Positions 49,539-58,493 of a stretch of 64,000 nt of DNA are shown here, piece after piece. The notes beneath the pieces are model-generated. The model saw only the letters and a list, made by a program, of their open reading frames with translations, did no database searches and was not told where the DNA came from. A program made the position numbers and the translations under genes. Within the stretch, counting starts at the first letter, position 1. Each line of letters opens with the position of its first letter. Source of the DNA: a phage; NCBI GenBank assembly GCA_024613925.1, contig GCA_024613925.1_4713.1; one strand, 5' to 3'.

Positions 49539-50858
49539 TTACGCGACGACAGAGTCGAGTTTCGCTGACACTTTGAACAGATCGTTGTTGATAACCGTAG
49601 ACAGTGTTTTCTGAACCTGCTCCTGCTTCACGGCTTGATGAACGTCAGGACGCAATGCGATGGTAATGAGCTCCATAATGGTACGATTATCGTTGAGAGT
49701 TTTCAAGATCTTGTCGATTTCCTTTATTGCGTCTAATGTCGATACGCGGATATCCTGAGGCAAATCGCGATCTTTAAGACGCCCAACCAACTCTTGTTTT
49801 AATTTCGCAACACGATCCTTATCACTGGTATACGTGGAATAGGTGAAGTCATACTGCGTTATTGTTTTCAGGTTGACGAAAAGAGCCACCGTGCCCATTG
49901 TACCCAGGAATGGGTTAATTAACGATAAACCGGCGATTGCACTAATAACTGACAATGAACATATGGCATATTGCGCCCAAACACTAACGCGATCCCTTAC
50001 TGATATTCTTCCGAAGTGTTTATACATCTTCGCTAGTGTGTCTGCCATTGCAGCCCCACCACCATGACGGGTGACGAATTGATCAGCAGCAAATTCCGCT
50101 GAGGTATCAGAATACCGTCCGGTATGCGTTGCGACACGTGCCTGTTCTTCTTTATTGCTTATATACACGGTATACCAAGTGGCAACATCGCTTGATTCCG
50201 CAATGGCGTTGACATCAACCGTTGTGCCCATCGCATCGTTTAATGATTTCGCGAGAGTGATCTTTTTCTCTTTATCCGTTGTTTGCAGTAGTTCGCGTGC
50301 GACGGTTGCGAGAGAAAAATCGGTCTTAGCGGATTCGGCGATAAATTCCAGGAAAGTAAAAGCATGCCCAACCTCGTGCATGATAAGCGCTGCTTTGTTT
50401 TCTGGAATAAATTCCGTGGTACGAATAAATCCGTCGGTTACTAATACACGGATAGTGATTTTCTCGAATGCGCCTTTCACCCTACCGTTGACAAGATCGA
50501 CCACACCGACGACTTCGTCGATGTTTTTGCTTAACTGTTTAAAGTCGCTGTTTCGGTAGAACTGTTTACGCCATTCCTCAATAAGCACGTTGTTTTTTGT
50601 AATATCCGGAGTAATACAGAAACAGTTAACTTCACTCATGTTCGGTATTACTTCTGTCTGGATAGTCAACCCAGTGTATTTGCGTATTAAATCGGTTAAT
50701 ATTTTACCACCGATATATTTTACCTTTTCCTCATAGCTGGTAAGATTATCCATTGTTTTGAAGAACTCGGTCATTTCCTTGAACATGGAACCATCTTGAA
50801 ACTTGATGGCCTCCATCGTTAATTCGTCATGACCATACACGCGTTGTAGTAATGACAT
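49539..50858 (-). CDS. putative membrane-associated zinc metalloprotease (HExxH ... ExxAD, M48/M56-like)
   Basis: HEVGH at residues 161-165 and EFAAD at 255-259 (spacing typical of HtpX/Ste24/BlaR1-type gluzincins, from memory); two hydrophobic helices at about residues 293-330. Confidence 0.5.
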   Translation of the reverse strand: MSLLQRVYGHDELTMEAIKFQDGSMFKEMTEFFKTMDNLTSYEEKVKYIGGKILTDLIRKYTGLTIQTEVIPNMSEVNCFCITPDITKNNVLIEEWRKQFYRNSDFKQLSKNIDEVVGVVDLVNGRVKGAFEKITIRVLVTDGFIRTTEFIPENKAALIMHEVGHAFTFLEFIAESAKTDFSLATVARELLQTTDKEKKITLAKSLNDAMGTTVDVNAIAESSDVATWYTVYISNKEEQARVATHTGRYSDTSAEFAADQFVTRHGGGAAMADTLAKMYKHFGRISVRDRVSVWAQYAICSLSVISAIAGLSLINPFLGTMGTVALFVNLKTITQYDFTYSTYTSDKDRVAKLKQELVGRLKDRDLPQDIRVSTLDAIKEIDKILKTLNDNRTIMELITIALRPDVHQAVKQEQVQKTLSTVINNDLFKVSAKLDSVVA

Positions 50859-51080
50859 ATTACACTCTCTAAATTCACGTAAATTTAAGGGTTAATGGAT
50901 CGGCTGGCCGCACCAATCACAATGTGTTCGTTGCTATGCAACGGCATTCATAGAAATACCTTTTGACGGTAACATCACCTTTCACACCCCAAGCGATAAG
51001 AGTGGTCGGTTAAAAACAACAGAACGTGGGGATGATATAGAAAATCACCTTTTTAACACTTATTACGAGTTTATCAAGCC

Positions 51081-52580
51081 ATGAGCGAACAAGAACGAAA
51101 ACCTAAGAAGAAACTGCTCGGTATTCAATGTCGACACATCAGCTATAACGAAGCGAACGATGGCAGCAAGAACGACCTCATGATCGCAAAAGAGATCATG
51201 TTCTTTGATGATAATACGCAAGCGACGAACCTTCGCTTCTTCGAGAATTACAAACGTCCGTTTTGGGTGACGGTAGAGAGTAAACGCAAGAACAAATATA
51301 AAAAGGAAAGCGAGAAGCTATCGCATGTGCGTCGCTACGATGTCCGTCAAAGTGAACTGGTTGAAAAGATCAGTTCGGTGCTTTATAAAAGACGTGCTGA
51401 TGATAACACCCGTTTACAACAGCTTGCACGGAGTCCCTACCTCTATGGCACGGACGTTAGCGCCAGCTGTTATTTAAAAACCCAATACAATACAAAATGG
51501 CCGGAATACGTCGATAAATTACCTGCTTCCATTGCCTGTTTCGATATCGAAACCGACGTTGTCCACGGGCACGGTAAGATCGTCTGTATGTCTATTACAA
51601 TGGGATACAATGCGATACTTTGCTATACCAAGGACTTCGTTGGTCATATTCCGAATGCGATTGAGAAAACCCATGAGAAGATTCGATATTACCTGGCCGA
51701 ACGTCTGAACACCAAAGAAGATCCGCACGCATTTGAAAAATACCAATACGATGTTCGAATCGTAGAAAGTCCAGCACAAGCGGTCATCCAATGCATGCAG
51801 AAGGTTCACGAATGGCAACCGGATTATCTCCTTGGCTGGAATATCGCGTTCGATATTCCGCGTATGCTCCAGGCACTGAACGAGGAAGGGTATCGTCCCG
51901 AGGATGTTTTCTCCGATCCTCGTGTACCACCTAAATACCGTATTGCTCGCTGGGTGCCACCGAAGACCGACAAGGTATCTGCTTCAGGTCGTAAAACCAA
52001 CCTTACCCTTGAGCAAACCTGGCCGATGTTTTATACGATGGCCACGTATCAGGTTATGGATGCGATGTGTGGTTATAAGTTCGTTCGTTTAGGAAGACCG
52101 GATGAGGGACGCTATTCACTCGATGCGGTATTAGAGCGAAATAAATGCCATACGAAATTAAAAGCAATTCCTGGTACAGAAGGGTTCACAGAGCTCGCCT
52201 GGCACGAAGAGATGCAAACGAACCATCAAATCGACTACGGCGTATATAACCTTTGGGATAACCAAGGCATCGAGGCGTTGGACCAGAAAACAAAAGACTA
52301 TTCGATGACCATCCCTATTCGTTTGGCGGCGTCGGATTTGAAAGATTTCAGTTCTAACCCTAAACGTATCTGCGATAAACTTTTCTTCGTTTATCTTAAC
52401 CGTGGGGAAGTCATGGGATGCACCGCCGACGATATGACTCAGGAAGAAGATAAGTGGGTTATCTCACGAACCGGACATATCGTCACATTACCATGCGATC
52501 TCATGGCGGACAACGGCATTCATCTCTTCTGGGATATGCCGAACCTGAGAAGTTATATTCGATTATTTGTTGCGGATTAA
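51081..52580 (+). CDS. family-B DNA polymerase, N-terminal 3'-5' exonuclease part (exon 1 or N-terminal fragment)
   Basis: Exo I FDIETD (residues 154-159, nt 51540-51557), Exo II GWNIAFDIP (about 253-261), Exo III-like YQVMD (324-328). No motif B or C before the stop at 52578-52580; the called stop is probably intron sequence. Confidence 0.65.
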   Translation: MSEQERKPKKKLLGIQCRHISYNEANDGSKNDLMIAKEIMFFDDNTQATNLRFFENYKRPFWVTVESKRKNKYKKESEKLSHVRRYDVRQSELVEKISSVLYKRRADDNTRLQQLARSPYLYGTDVSASCYLKTQYNTKWPEYVDKLPASIACFDIETDVVHGHGKIVCMSITMGYNAILCYTKDFVGHIPNAIEKTHEKIRYYLAERLNTKEDPHAFEKYQYDVRIVESPAQAVIQCMQKVHEWQPDYLLGWNIAFDIPRMLQALNEEGYRPEDVFSDPRVPPKYRIARWVPPKTDKVSASGRKTNLTLEQTWPMFYTMATYQVMDAMCGYKFVRLGRPDEGRYSLDAVLERNKCHTKLKAIPGTEGFTELAWHEEMQTNHQIDYGVYNLWDNQGIEALDQKTKDYSMTIPIRLAASDLKDFSSNPKRICDKLFFVYLNRGEVMGCTADDMTQEEDKWVISRTGHIVTLPCDLMADNGIHLFWDMPNLRSYIRLFVAD

Positions 52581-52648
52581 GAAATAAATCGGTTAAGTAT
52601 TACTACTCTGTTCGATGGTTATGGGATAACCAAATGGAGTAGTCATGC

Positions 52649-53755
52649 ATGAATAAATGGTATTTACCAGAGGCACGTTTTAAATACTACGCAACTGACG
52701 ATGGTCTTTTCCATTCAACTGGAGAGGCTGTTCCGGTTACCGTTAAAGATGGTATCTCGTATGTCGAGATCGACTGGTATCGTGGTCTAGGTCTATATGA
52801 CGCCGGACTCGCTGTTATGTGTGCGTTGAGAGCGATAAACATACCAATCTACTTACTTGATCAAGCATATTCTCTTTACATTGACGGGAATCCTGAGAAT
52901 GTAAAACGTGAGAACCTGCTTTACCGTTTCAAAGGCGGTAGGTTGGAAGTACCTGGATGTCCCGGCTATTATTTCATCCCCTTCCATTCTCGTTATGCTA
53001 TTAACGAGGAAGGTTTGGTGATCAATGTCGAGACGGGGTTCGAAAAACGCTGGTCGCAAATGAAACCTAACAAGAAACAAAAGACCCATGGCGGTTACGT
53101 TTACCAACGTACGGTAAATGATAACGGATTCACATCCCAGCTTTATCAGCATCGTGCTATGGGTTACGTGTTTCTTGAATACGGTGCCGACGTTATGGAT
53201 AAGACAATAAACCATAAGAACGGCATCAAATGGGATAATCGTCCATGTAACATTGAGTGGGCAACGTATACGGACAATAATAAGCATGCGGTTGATAGCG
53301 GTCTTCGTACAGAAGGATTGCATCCTGTTAAGGTTAAGGATTACAACACCGGTGAAGTCAGGGTATTCCCTTCAATCGCTGCGTGTTGTGCTGCTTATCC
53401 ATGCTTGGAACGTAAACGTGTTTGGTATTGGATGACGCGTAAAACGAAATTCATGCCAGCCTGCAATCTGTATTTCAAAGAAGTTGACGATGATACCCCA
53501 TGGCCAGATTGGCAGATCGGACAGCCTCGTCGTCTTCAAGAATATACGATGCCTAACCCTATCGCAGCTATCGATAAACAAACTGGTAAACGTTATGTGT
53601 TTGCATCAATTGCTCACGCACAACGAGAGACAGGTGTTTCTAACGTGACTATCATGAAGTACTGTCGTAATAGGCTTACAGAAGGTCGTTCTCCATTCAT
53701 CTTCCGCTATTTTGAAGATGTTAGTTCGATGCCTGTAGGCCTTAACGACGCTTAA
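52649..53755 (+). CDS. HNH homing endonuclease (I-HmuI-like)
   Basis: GGAG RBS; HNH core INHKNGIKWDNRPCNIEWATYTDNNKHA; two helix-turn-helix-like modules (FPSIAACCAAYP and FASIAHAQRETGVSNVTIMKYCRN). Confidence 0.8.
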   Translation: MNKWYLPEARFKYYATDDGLFHSTGEAVPVTVKDGISYVEIDWYRGLGLYDAGLAVMCALRAINIPIYLLDQAYSLYIDGNPENVKRENLLYRFKGGRLEVPGCPGYYFIPFHSRYAINEEGLVINVETGFEKRWSQMKPNKKQKTHGGYVYQRTVNDNGFTSQLYQHRAMGYVFLEYGADVMDKTINHKNGIKWDNRPCNIEWATYTDNNKHAVDSGLRTEGLHPVKVKDYNTGEVRVFPSIAACCAAYPCLERKRVWYWMTRKTKFMPACNLYFKEVDDDTPWPDWQIGQPRRLQEYTMPNPIAAIDKQTGKRYVFASIAHAQRETGVSNVTIMKYCRNRLTEGRSPFIFRYFEDVSSMPVGLNDA

Positions 53756-53759
53756 CCGA

Positions 53760-54110
53760 TTTTAGGTCCCGGTGGGGATAACGCCCCCACCGGATTCCCG
53801 TTAATTGCTGGAACCCCCTAAAGCCTTTCGACCACAGCGGATTCTGAAAAGAAAAACGTCAAGGTTAGAAAACAGAAAGGATGTTCGTAAGGAAACGATA
53901 AATGGGCAATCAGCAGCGAAGCTTCTAAGGGCCTGCATTAGCAATAAGACCTAAGAAGAACGTTCAACGACTATCCGGTCGCGCGGAGTAAGGGACAAGC
54001 GTCCCCAAACACGGGAGGGGTGCGAAAGCATTCCATGATATAGTCTGCTCCTAAGTGAAAGCTTAGGCGGGTGGTACACACCGGCATAAGAGTTGCGTCT
54101 TATGTGGACA
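53760..54110 (+). ncRNA. group I intron catalytic core (ribozyme) candidate
   Basis: P-like AATTGCTGGAA (53803-53813), Q-like AATCAGCAGCG (53908-53918), R-like GTTCAACGACTAT (53962-53974), S-like GATATAGTC (54037-54045); P7 pairing GACTA/TAGTC; hairpins CCTAAG-tgaaag-CTTAGG and CATAAGA-gttgcg-TCTTATG at the 3' side. Confidence 0.6.
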
Positions 54111-54368
54111 ATGGCTTGACATTTCTTCAAGTTATCCCAACGGGCAGATACTGCTCAATCTATCCAGAGCATGTGTTTTTCGTGAGCTCTCGCGCATTGA
54201 GGGCGTCTCTGACTATCAATTCAGGAAGTTAGGTATCAACTTTATTACCGGAGGTAAAACGAACGCTGTAGACTTCTGTAGAATCGTTTATAAAGCGCCA
54301 TCGATGTTTGAACTCTTAGAACATTTCGATGCGACGCGTCCAAAAGAGGAAGCGCGGACCATCGAATG
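54105..54368 (+). CDS. possible downstream exon of the DNA polymerase gene (no ATG; motif-A-like DISSSYPN)
   Basis: About 100 stop-free codons directly 3' of the ribozyme core without an initiator Met; contains D-I-S-S-S-Y-P-N (compare DxxSLYPS) and KLGINFITGG. Too short to complete a polymerase. Boundaries tentative. Confidence 0.3.
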
Positions 54369-54416
54369 ATTCAAGTAAGTTGATCCTCGTTTAACAAAAA
54401 AGAAAACGCATGCGAA

Positions 54417-54456
54417 GCCCCTCCCCCTGGCGGAAGCCGGAGGGAGGGGTGGGGTT
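54417..54456. terminator. GC-rich imperfect stem-loop between convergent genes
   Basis: CCCCTCCCCCTGGC-ggaa-GCCGGAGGGAGGGG followed by TGGGGTTTATG. Confidence 0.45.
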
Positions 54457-54941
54457 TATGCGTGTTCGTTGCCAACCTTCACTTTGTAATCAGCGTCGGT
54501 TAAGAAAATAGACAGGAATCCATGTTCTTTGCAAATCTGACTAAGGATGTCAGCAATGATTTCGTTGATCATCGGTTTGTTTGCAAGGGCATAGATGTAC
54601 CCGGGTGTAAAAGAAAGTGCATGATTGATCATAGGCTCATGAGAAGCCAAGATAAGGATCACGTGATGCTTCCCATCGTCGGTAACGACCGCTTGCGTAG
54701 ACACGAAGAAATCAGTGAAGCAGCAGCGATCACAGGCTTTAGGTATATACAAATCACCCAGAGCTTCGTCGCGTGCTTTTATGTGTGTTTCAGGGGTGAT
54801 GCTGCTAAGTTGATCTTCAGCGAGATCCAAGACATCCTCAATCGTTTTAAGAATAGCGTTGCGGAAATCCTCGCGGTAGAATGGGATGATATCACGATCG
54901 TTCATGTAATCGCCGGATTCGATAGTAAAGTTGATGTTCAT
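54456..54941 (-). CDS. hypothetical small protein (161 aa), member of the small-gene array
   Basis: ATG with AGGAG RBS. Confidence 0.55.
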   Translation of the reverse strand: MNINFTIESGDYMNDRDIIPFYREDFRNAILKTIEDVLDLAEDQLSSITPETHIKARDEALGDLYIPKACDRCCFTDFFVSTQAVVTDDGKHHVILILASHEPMINHALSFTPGYIYALANKPMINEIIADILSQICKEHGFLSIFLTDADYKVKVGNEHA

Positions 54942-55011
54942 TGAATGCTCCTAGTGGTTATGTCGATTGATTGATGTATTGATTTATGTTTGAAGGTGTT
55001 GTTCACCTTCG

Positions 55012-55452
55012 TTAGATATCATCATCCGTGGTGCCGTAGGACATATGCTGAATTAATTTTCTCGGCTCGATGAAAATACGACATGTGATAAACACATCGG
55101 GATCGTATTGCTCCACGCAACGTCCGAAGGCTTGTTTTGCGGCTTGACGCACCGATGTTATTTCCTGATCGTTCATCGCATTATCGAATTCGATGTTGAT
55201 CGTGATTTTATCGGGAAATAAATAGATAAAGTAATCGCCACTGATACCACCATCATCAAAGTGACGTTCATTGTAACACTGGACGAGCTTACCTTCACGT
55301 TCTTTCTGATACCATCCAAGGATACTATTAAGACCTCTGTCCACGCATTCGAATGCTTGAGTAATAACATCCTCAACGACGGAGGCTGCCGTGGGACCAT
55401 TGAATAGACGATCTAAGCGCTTTTTCATCGATTTGTCGGTTTTCATGTTCAT
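55012..55452 (-). CDS. hypothetical small protein (about 146 aa), member of the small-gene array
   Basis: ORF-track ATG 55479 abuts the hairpin with no RBS; internal ATG 55452 has AGGAAAAG RBS. Confidence 0.5.
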   Translation of the reverse strand: MNMKTDKSMKKRLDRLFNGPTAASVVEDVITQAFECVDRGLNSILGWYQKEREGKLVQCYNERHFDDGGISGDYFIYLFPDKITINIEFDNAMNDQEITSVRQAAKQAFGRCVEQYDPDVFITCRIFIEPRKLIQHMSYGTTDDDI

Positions 55453-55481
55453 TGTTTCTTTTCCTGTTATAGTCAACATAT

Positions 55482-55516
55482 AGCCCTTCCCCGGCCTTGA
55501 CGGCTAGGGAAGGGTA
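55482..55516. promoter_or_regulatory. imperfect GC-rich stem-loop in the 5' leader of 55012-55452
   Basis: CCCTTCCCC-GGCC-ttga-CGGC-ta-GGGAAGGG. Confidence 0.4.
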
Positions 55517-55529
55517 TGTTTACGTGTAA

Positions 55530-55925
55530 TTACTCTTTGACGTCAGTTGTCGTTTCGACATGCTTCTCACTACTGACGTACCAGAGCAGGTACGTTGGGA
55601 AAAGATTGACCTCTAAGCTAAATGGGATATTGTATTTCTCTTCCATTTTACAGAGATGTTCTTTAAGTAAATTTCTCGCGTCTCTGTCACCACGAACAGA
55701 GTGCCAGTCTAGTTCTTTGTTCTCCTTTACCAGGACCTCTACGATGATACGTTGCTCGTGAACCTCGGTTTTCACAGTGAAAAGTAAATCGCTGCTATCA
55801 AAACGGGTAAAACGAATGTATGAGCCAGGTGTTTTTTCTTGTTTAATAATATCGATCATGGTAGAAATGCGCGGATGATCGATGTTGTCGTTAACAGCTT
55901 TAACGATGGATTCTACAATGCTCAT
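55530..55925 (-). CDS. hypothetical small protein (131 aa), member of the small-gene array
   Basis: ATG with AAGGA RBS. Confidence 0.55.
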   Translation of the reverse strand: MSIVESIVKAVNDNIDHPRISTMIDIIKQEKTPGSYIRFTRFDSSDLLFTVKTEVHEQRIIVEVLVKENKELDWHSVRGDRDARNLLKEHLCKMEEKYNIPFSLEVNLFPTYLLWYVSSEKHVETTTDVKE

Positions 55926-56084
55926 TTTTTTTATCCTTAATGTTATCGGTTTAGAAATATTACTTAAATATTGTTTTATTTATCGATGGTTGTTACCCAT
56001 GATGGGAAAGCCGGATGGAAACAGAGCGTGAACGTAACCTTCGTATCGTATTTAATCGCTGAACTTTATCTTTGATAGACATGA

Positions 56085-56543
56085 TTACCCCTTAGCTCCT
56101 TCTTCGTCTGGAGAGTATTCCATCGTGTAGAATTCATAACCATCGGAAAACTTGAGTGTTAATGTAATAGGGAAATCGCACGGCATAGCTGATTTCGTAA
56201 ATGCGTTATTAGCAACATCAGCCAACCGACGTATAGCATCAACCCCGCTGACGCTGAATGGTAGTTGTATGTTGATAAGGATACGATGCTTGTAAACATA
56301 GAAAACAACGGTACTGTCGAGATAAACGCTATGGAACGGTATTGTTGGGATGCGTTCCACAATGGTAAAATACGTCCCGTCATTATCGCTATGCCCCATC
56401 GACCAAATATCGGATTTGCGTAGATTTTGTTTGAGGGATTCGATACTTCGAGTGACGGTCTCAGCAACAGGCGTGACGTAAGTGTCTCTATGCGAGTCGA
56501 AAAGTTCGTTGACGTTAGATTCGAATGAATACATTGTTGCCAT
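56085..56543 (-). CDS. hypothetical small protein (152 aa), paralog of 56610-57104
   Basis: GAGGT RBS; C-terminal CDFPITLTLKFSDGYEFYTMEYSPDEE aligns with FDMPVILTINGHDGSGLFEFHYDPDNE of the neighbour. Confidence 0.55.
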   Translation of the reverse strand: MATMYSFESNVNELFDSHRDTYVTPVAETVTRSIESLKQNLRKSDIWSMGHSDNDGTYFTIVERIPTIPFHSVYLDSTVVFYVYKHRILINIQLPFSVSGVDAIRRLADVANNAFTKSAMPCDFPITLTLKFSDGYEFYTMEYSPDEEGAKG

Positions 56544-56609
56544 TTTCTACCTCAATAGTTTAACCGGCACGTGTCCCCACCTAACAAGGGACACGATATC
56601 GTTGATTAA

Positions 56610-57104
56610 TTACTCTTCTGTGTTTTCATTGTCAGGATCGTAGTGGAATTCGAACAGCCCTGAACCGTCGTGTCCGTTGATTGTTAGTATAACGGGCATA
56701 TCGAATCCTCGGACGCGCGAATGAAAACACTGTGCTAATTTGAGTTTGGCGTATGCCACTATTTCATTGACGGCAATGCACGACTCACCTGTTATACTCA
56801 GTATAACGTCGATACTAACAATGTTGTCGTGCAACGCAAAACGCCAACGATCGATACGAGTATTATCTTTAGCGGTTGTCTCGTTTACGAGATAGACTTT
56901 ATCATCAACCGACAAAGCGGGACTCCAGCAACGTTCGTTTATTAAATTCGCCTGGAGTTTTAGTATCGTCTGATCGATAATATCCCAACACGTAACCAGC
57001 GTGACGTCAGGCACTGAGTAGAGAAGGGCGAGCACTTTATCCTTTATTTTAGGTGTCTCTGCAGGACGTCCGCAAATACCATGCATTTCAACTTTCTTAT
57101 TCAT
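56610..57104 (-). CDS. hypothetical small protein (about 164 aa), paralog of 56085-56543
   Basis: ORF-track start is GTG 57110; ATG 57104 follows. Confidence 0.55.
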   Translation of the reverse strand: MNKKVEMHGICGRPAETPKIKDKVLALLYSVPDVTLVTCWDIIDQTILKLQANLINERCWSPALSVDDKVYLVNETTAKDNTRIDRWRFALHDNIVSIDVILSITGESCIAVNEIVAYAKLKLAQCFHSRVRGFDMPVILTINGHDGSGLFEFHYDPDNENTEE

Positions 57105-57148
57105 ATTCACTTCTTTCTTAATCTAAATGTTAGTTGGGGATGGGATGC

Positions 57149-57751
57149 TTACATGCTTTCTAGCATATTGACGATCATGGAACCCATACCGAAACTCGGT
57201 CTCTCACCGATATACTCAGCAAGTTGACGGTGTACGTCTTTTGGATTTCCTTCTTCACCATCGGCATCGATGTAGACCGAAAAAGAAACCGAATCGGAAT
57301 CCACGCTGATAACCAGACGACGTTCATTGCGTTCCTTGAGCGTGTCGACGATAGATGCTTTCAGTACCGGGATCGCATTCATCGCGTGCAAGATATCTCC
57401 ATCGGGTTTCGGCAGATCGATCTTTTCTTTCAGGTCGATATTGATGTTGGTTACAATTGGGTTGAGGTCGACCTTGACATAATCGTTGGGATACATGCGA
57501 ATAATCGCACGATCGATATCTGAACCGTAAAAGTCAACACGTAGCTTTAACACTTCTTTGTTTGGATCCATGTTTTCATCCATACCCGCCTGCAAGAAAC
57601 GTTCTACGTTATCCAGTTCACGATAAACTGACGCTTCGATTTCTTTCAGATAGTTGGCTGCGGTTTCATGTTCCTTACGTAGCTCGTCTTTAAGGAGCTG
57701 TACGGTGGTTTCACTGGAACGAATGCTGTTCGCGAATTGGGTAATTGACAT
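57149..57751 (-). CDS. hypothetical protein (about 200 aa), member of the small-gene array
   Basis: ORF-track start is TTG 57781; internal ATG 57751 has AAGGAA RBS. Confidence 0.5.
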   Translation of the reverse strand: MSITQFANSIRSSETTVQLLKDELRKEHETAANYLKEIEASVYRELDNVERFLQAGMDENMDPNKEVLKLRVDFYGSDIDRAIIRMYPNDYVKVDLNPIVTNINIDLKEKIDLPKPDGDILHAMNAIPVLKASIVDTLKERNERRLVISVDSDSVSFSVYIDADGEEGNPKDVHRQLAEYIGERPSFGMGSMIVNMLESM

Positions 57752-57800
57752 ATTGAATTCCTTAAATTCTCTTGAGTTCAATTAATGATGAAAAGCTGTA

Positions 57801-57827
57801 AAAAAAAAAGGTGGGGCGAACCCCACC
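57801..57827 (-). terminator. canonical rho-independent terminator for minus-strand transcription
   Basis: Plus strand A9-GGTGGGG-cgaa-CCCCACC; as minus-strand RNA this is a 7-bp GC stem with GNRA-type loop followed directly by U9; lies just after the stop of 57853-58278. Confidence 0.7.
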
Positions 57828-57852
57828 AAAACGTCAGACACACGCAGGAAAA

Positions 57853-58278
57853 TTAATTCAGTGATGCATATAAGGCATAACGACTGTAGATCTCAACCGC
57901 CGGTCCGTTATGGGTTAACAGACCATCCTGGCTGTAATACTGGAAAAATGAATAACGTTTGTCGAAGTGATAAACAAAAGCAATGTCTTTGCCGTCAAAA
58001 CCCATGACGCGCGGCCTGTTTTTATCTAGCAACGCTTTGACTTTTAACAGTGTTGCCGCACGCGCTTTAACATTAGGGATTAATCCATCACAATCGATAT
58101 AAACCGTGTAACCTGTTTCAGATGTTGCGACGGTTGTATTGCGATTGACGCGAAAGATTTTTGTTTTGTACGTATCATCTTCAAGAATTGGGTTTTGTTT
58201 TTCGTATTTTCGTTTACGTAGAAATTCTACAACGGTGATATAGTTAGCGGTAATATGCCCGGTTATAGCTTGTAACAT
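57853..58278 (-). CDS. hypothetical small protein (141 aa), member of the small-gene array
   Basis: ATG with AAAGGA RBS. Confidence 0.55.
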   Translation of the reverse strand: MLQAITGHITANYITVVEFLRKRKYEKQNPILEDDTYKTKIFRVNRNTTVATSETGYTVYIDCDGLIPNVKARAATLLKVKALLDKNRPRVMGFDGKDIAFVYHFDKRYSFFQYYSQDGLLTHNGPAVEIYSRYALYASLN

Positions 58279-58395
58279 CTCGACATCCTTTTATATTGGA
58301 TTGATTGCAATTGTCTTAAATAGATGATAAGATATTTTGCTCTTATCATTAAGGTAACGCTTACGCGTCGCGTTCATGATGTCATGCATCATGAA

Positions 58396-58486
58396 GGTAA
58401 TGTAGTCGTGAAATAAACTGCGTTAACACGAAATAAAACAGCATAGAACCCTCTCCCAACCCGTAAGGGAAGGGAGAGGGAATATT
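58396..58486. repeat. conserved intergenic cassette, copy B (near-identical to copy A), includes stem-loop 58449-58480
   Basis: GGTAATGTAGTCGTGAAATAAACTG ... CGAAATAAAACAGCATAGAA-CCCTCTCCCAACCCGTAAGGGAAGGGAGAGGG-AATAT. Confidence 0.6.
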
Positions 58487-58493
58487 AAAATTG

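Larger units (their letters stand above)
52578..54120 (+). mobile_element. putative group I intron carrying an HNH homing endonuclease ORF
   Basis: Begins at or near the end of the polymerase exonuclease ORF; contains ORF 52649-53755 and a ribozyme-like core with P, Q, R, S elements and P9-type hairpins. Splice sites not determined; coordinates approximate. Confidence 0.55.

Noticed and set aside
50859-51080. Divergent intergenic region between protease and polymerase genes as an ncRNA locus
   Set aside because: Only short palindromes and a TTCTATG string; more simply explained as promoter/leader sequence for the two divergent genes.
54105-54368. KLGINFITGG as polymerase motif B
   Set aside because: Lies only about 30 residues after the motif-A-like DISSSYPN, far closer than in known family-B polymerases; likely coincidental.
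7820-57781. ORF-track N-termini starting at TTG or GTG or running through hairpins and upstream genes
   Set aside because: The track takes the longest ORF with any start codon; in at least 12 genes an internal ATG with a clear Shine-Dalgarno fits better, so N-terminal extensions were treated as artefacts rather than real overlaps or leader peptides.
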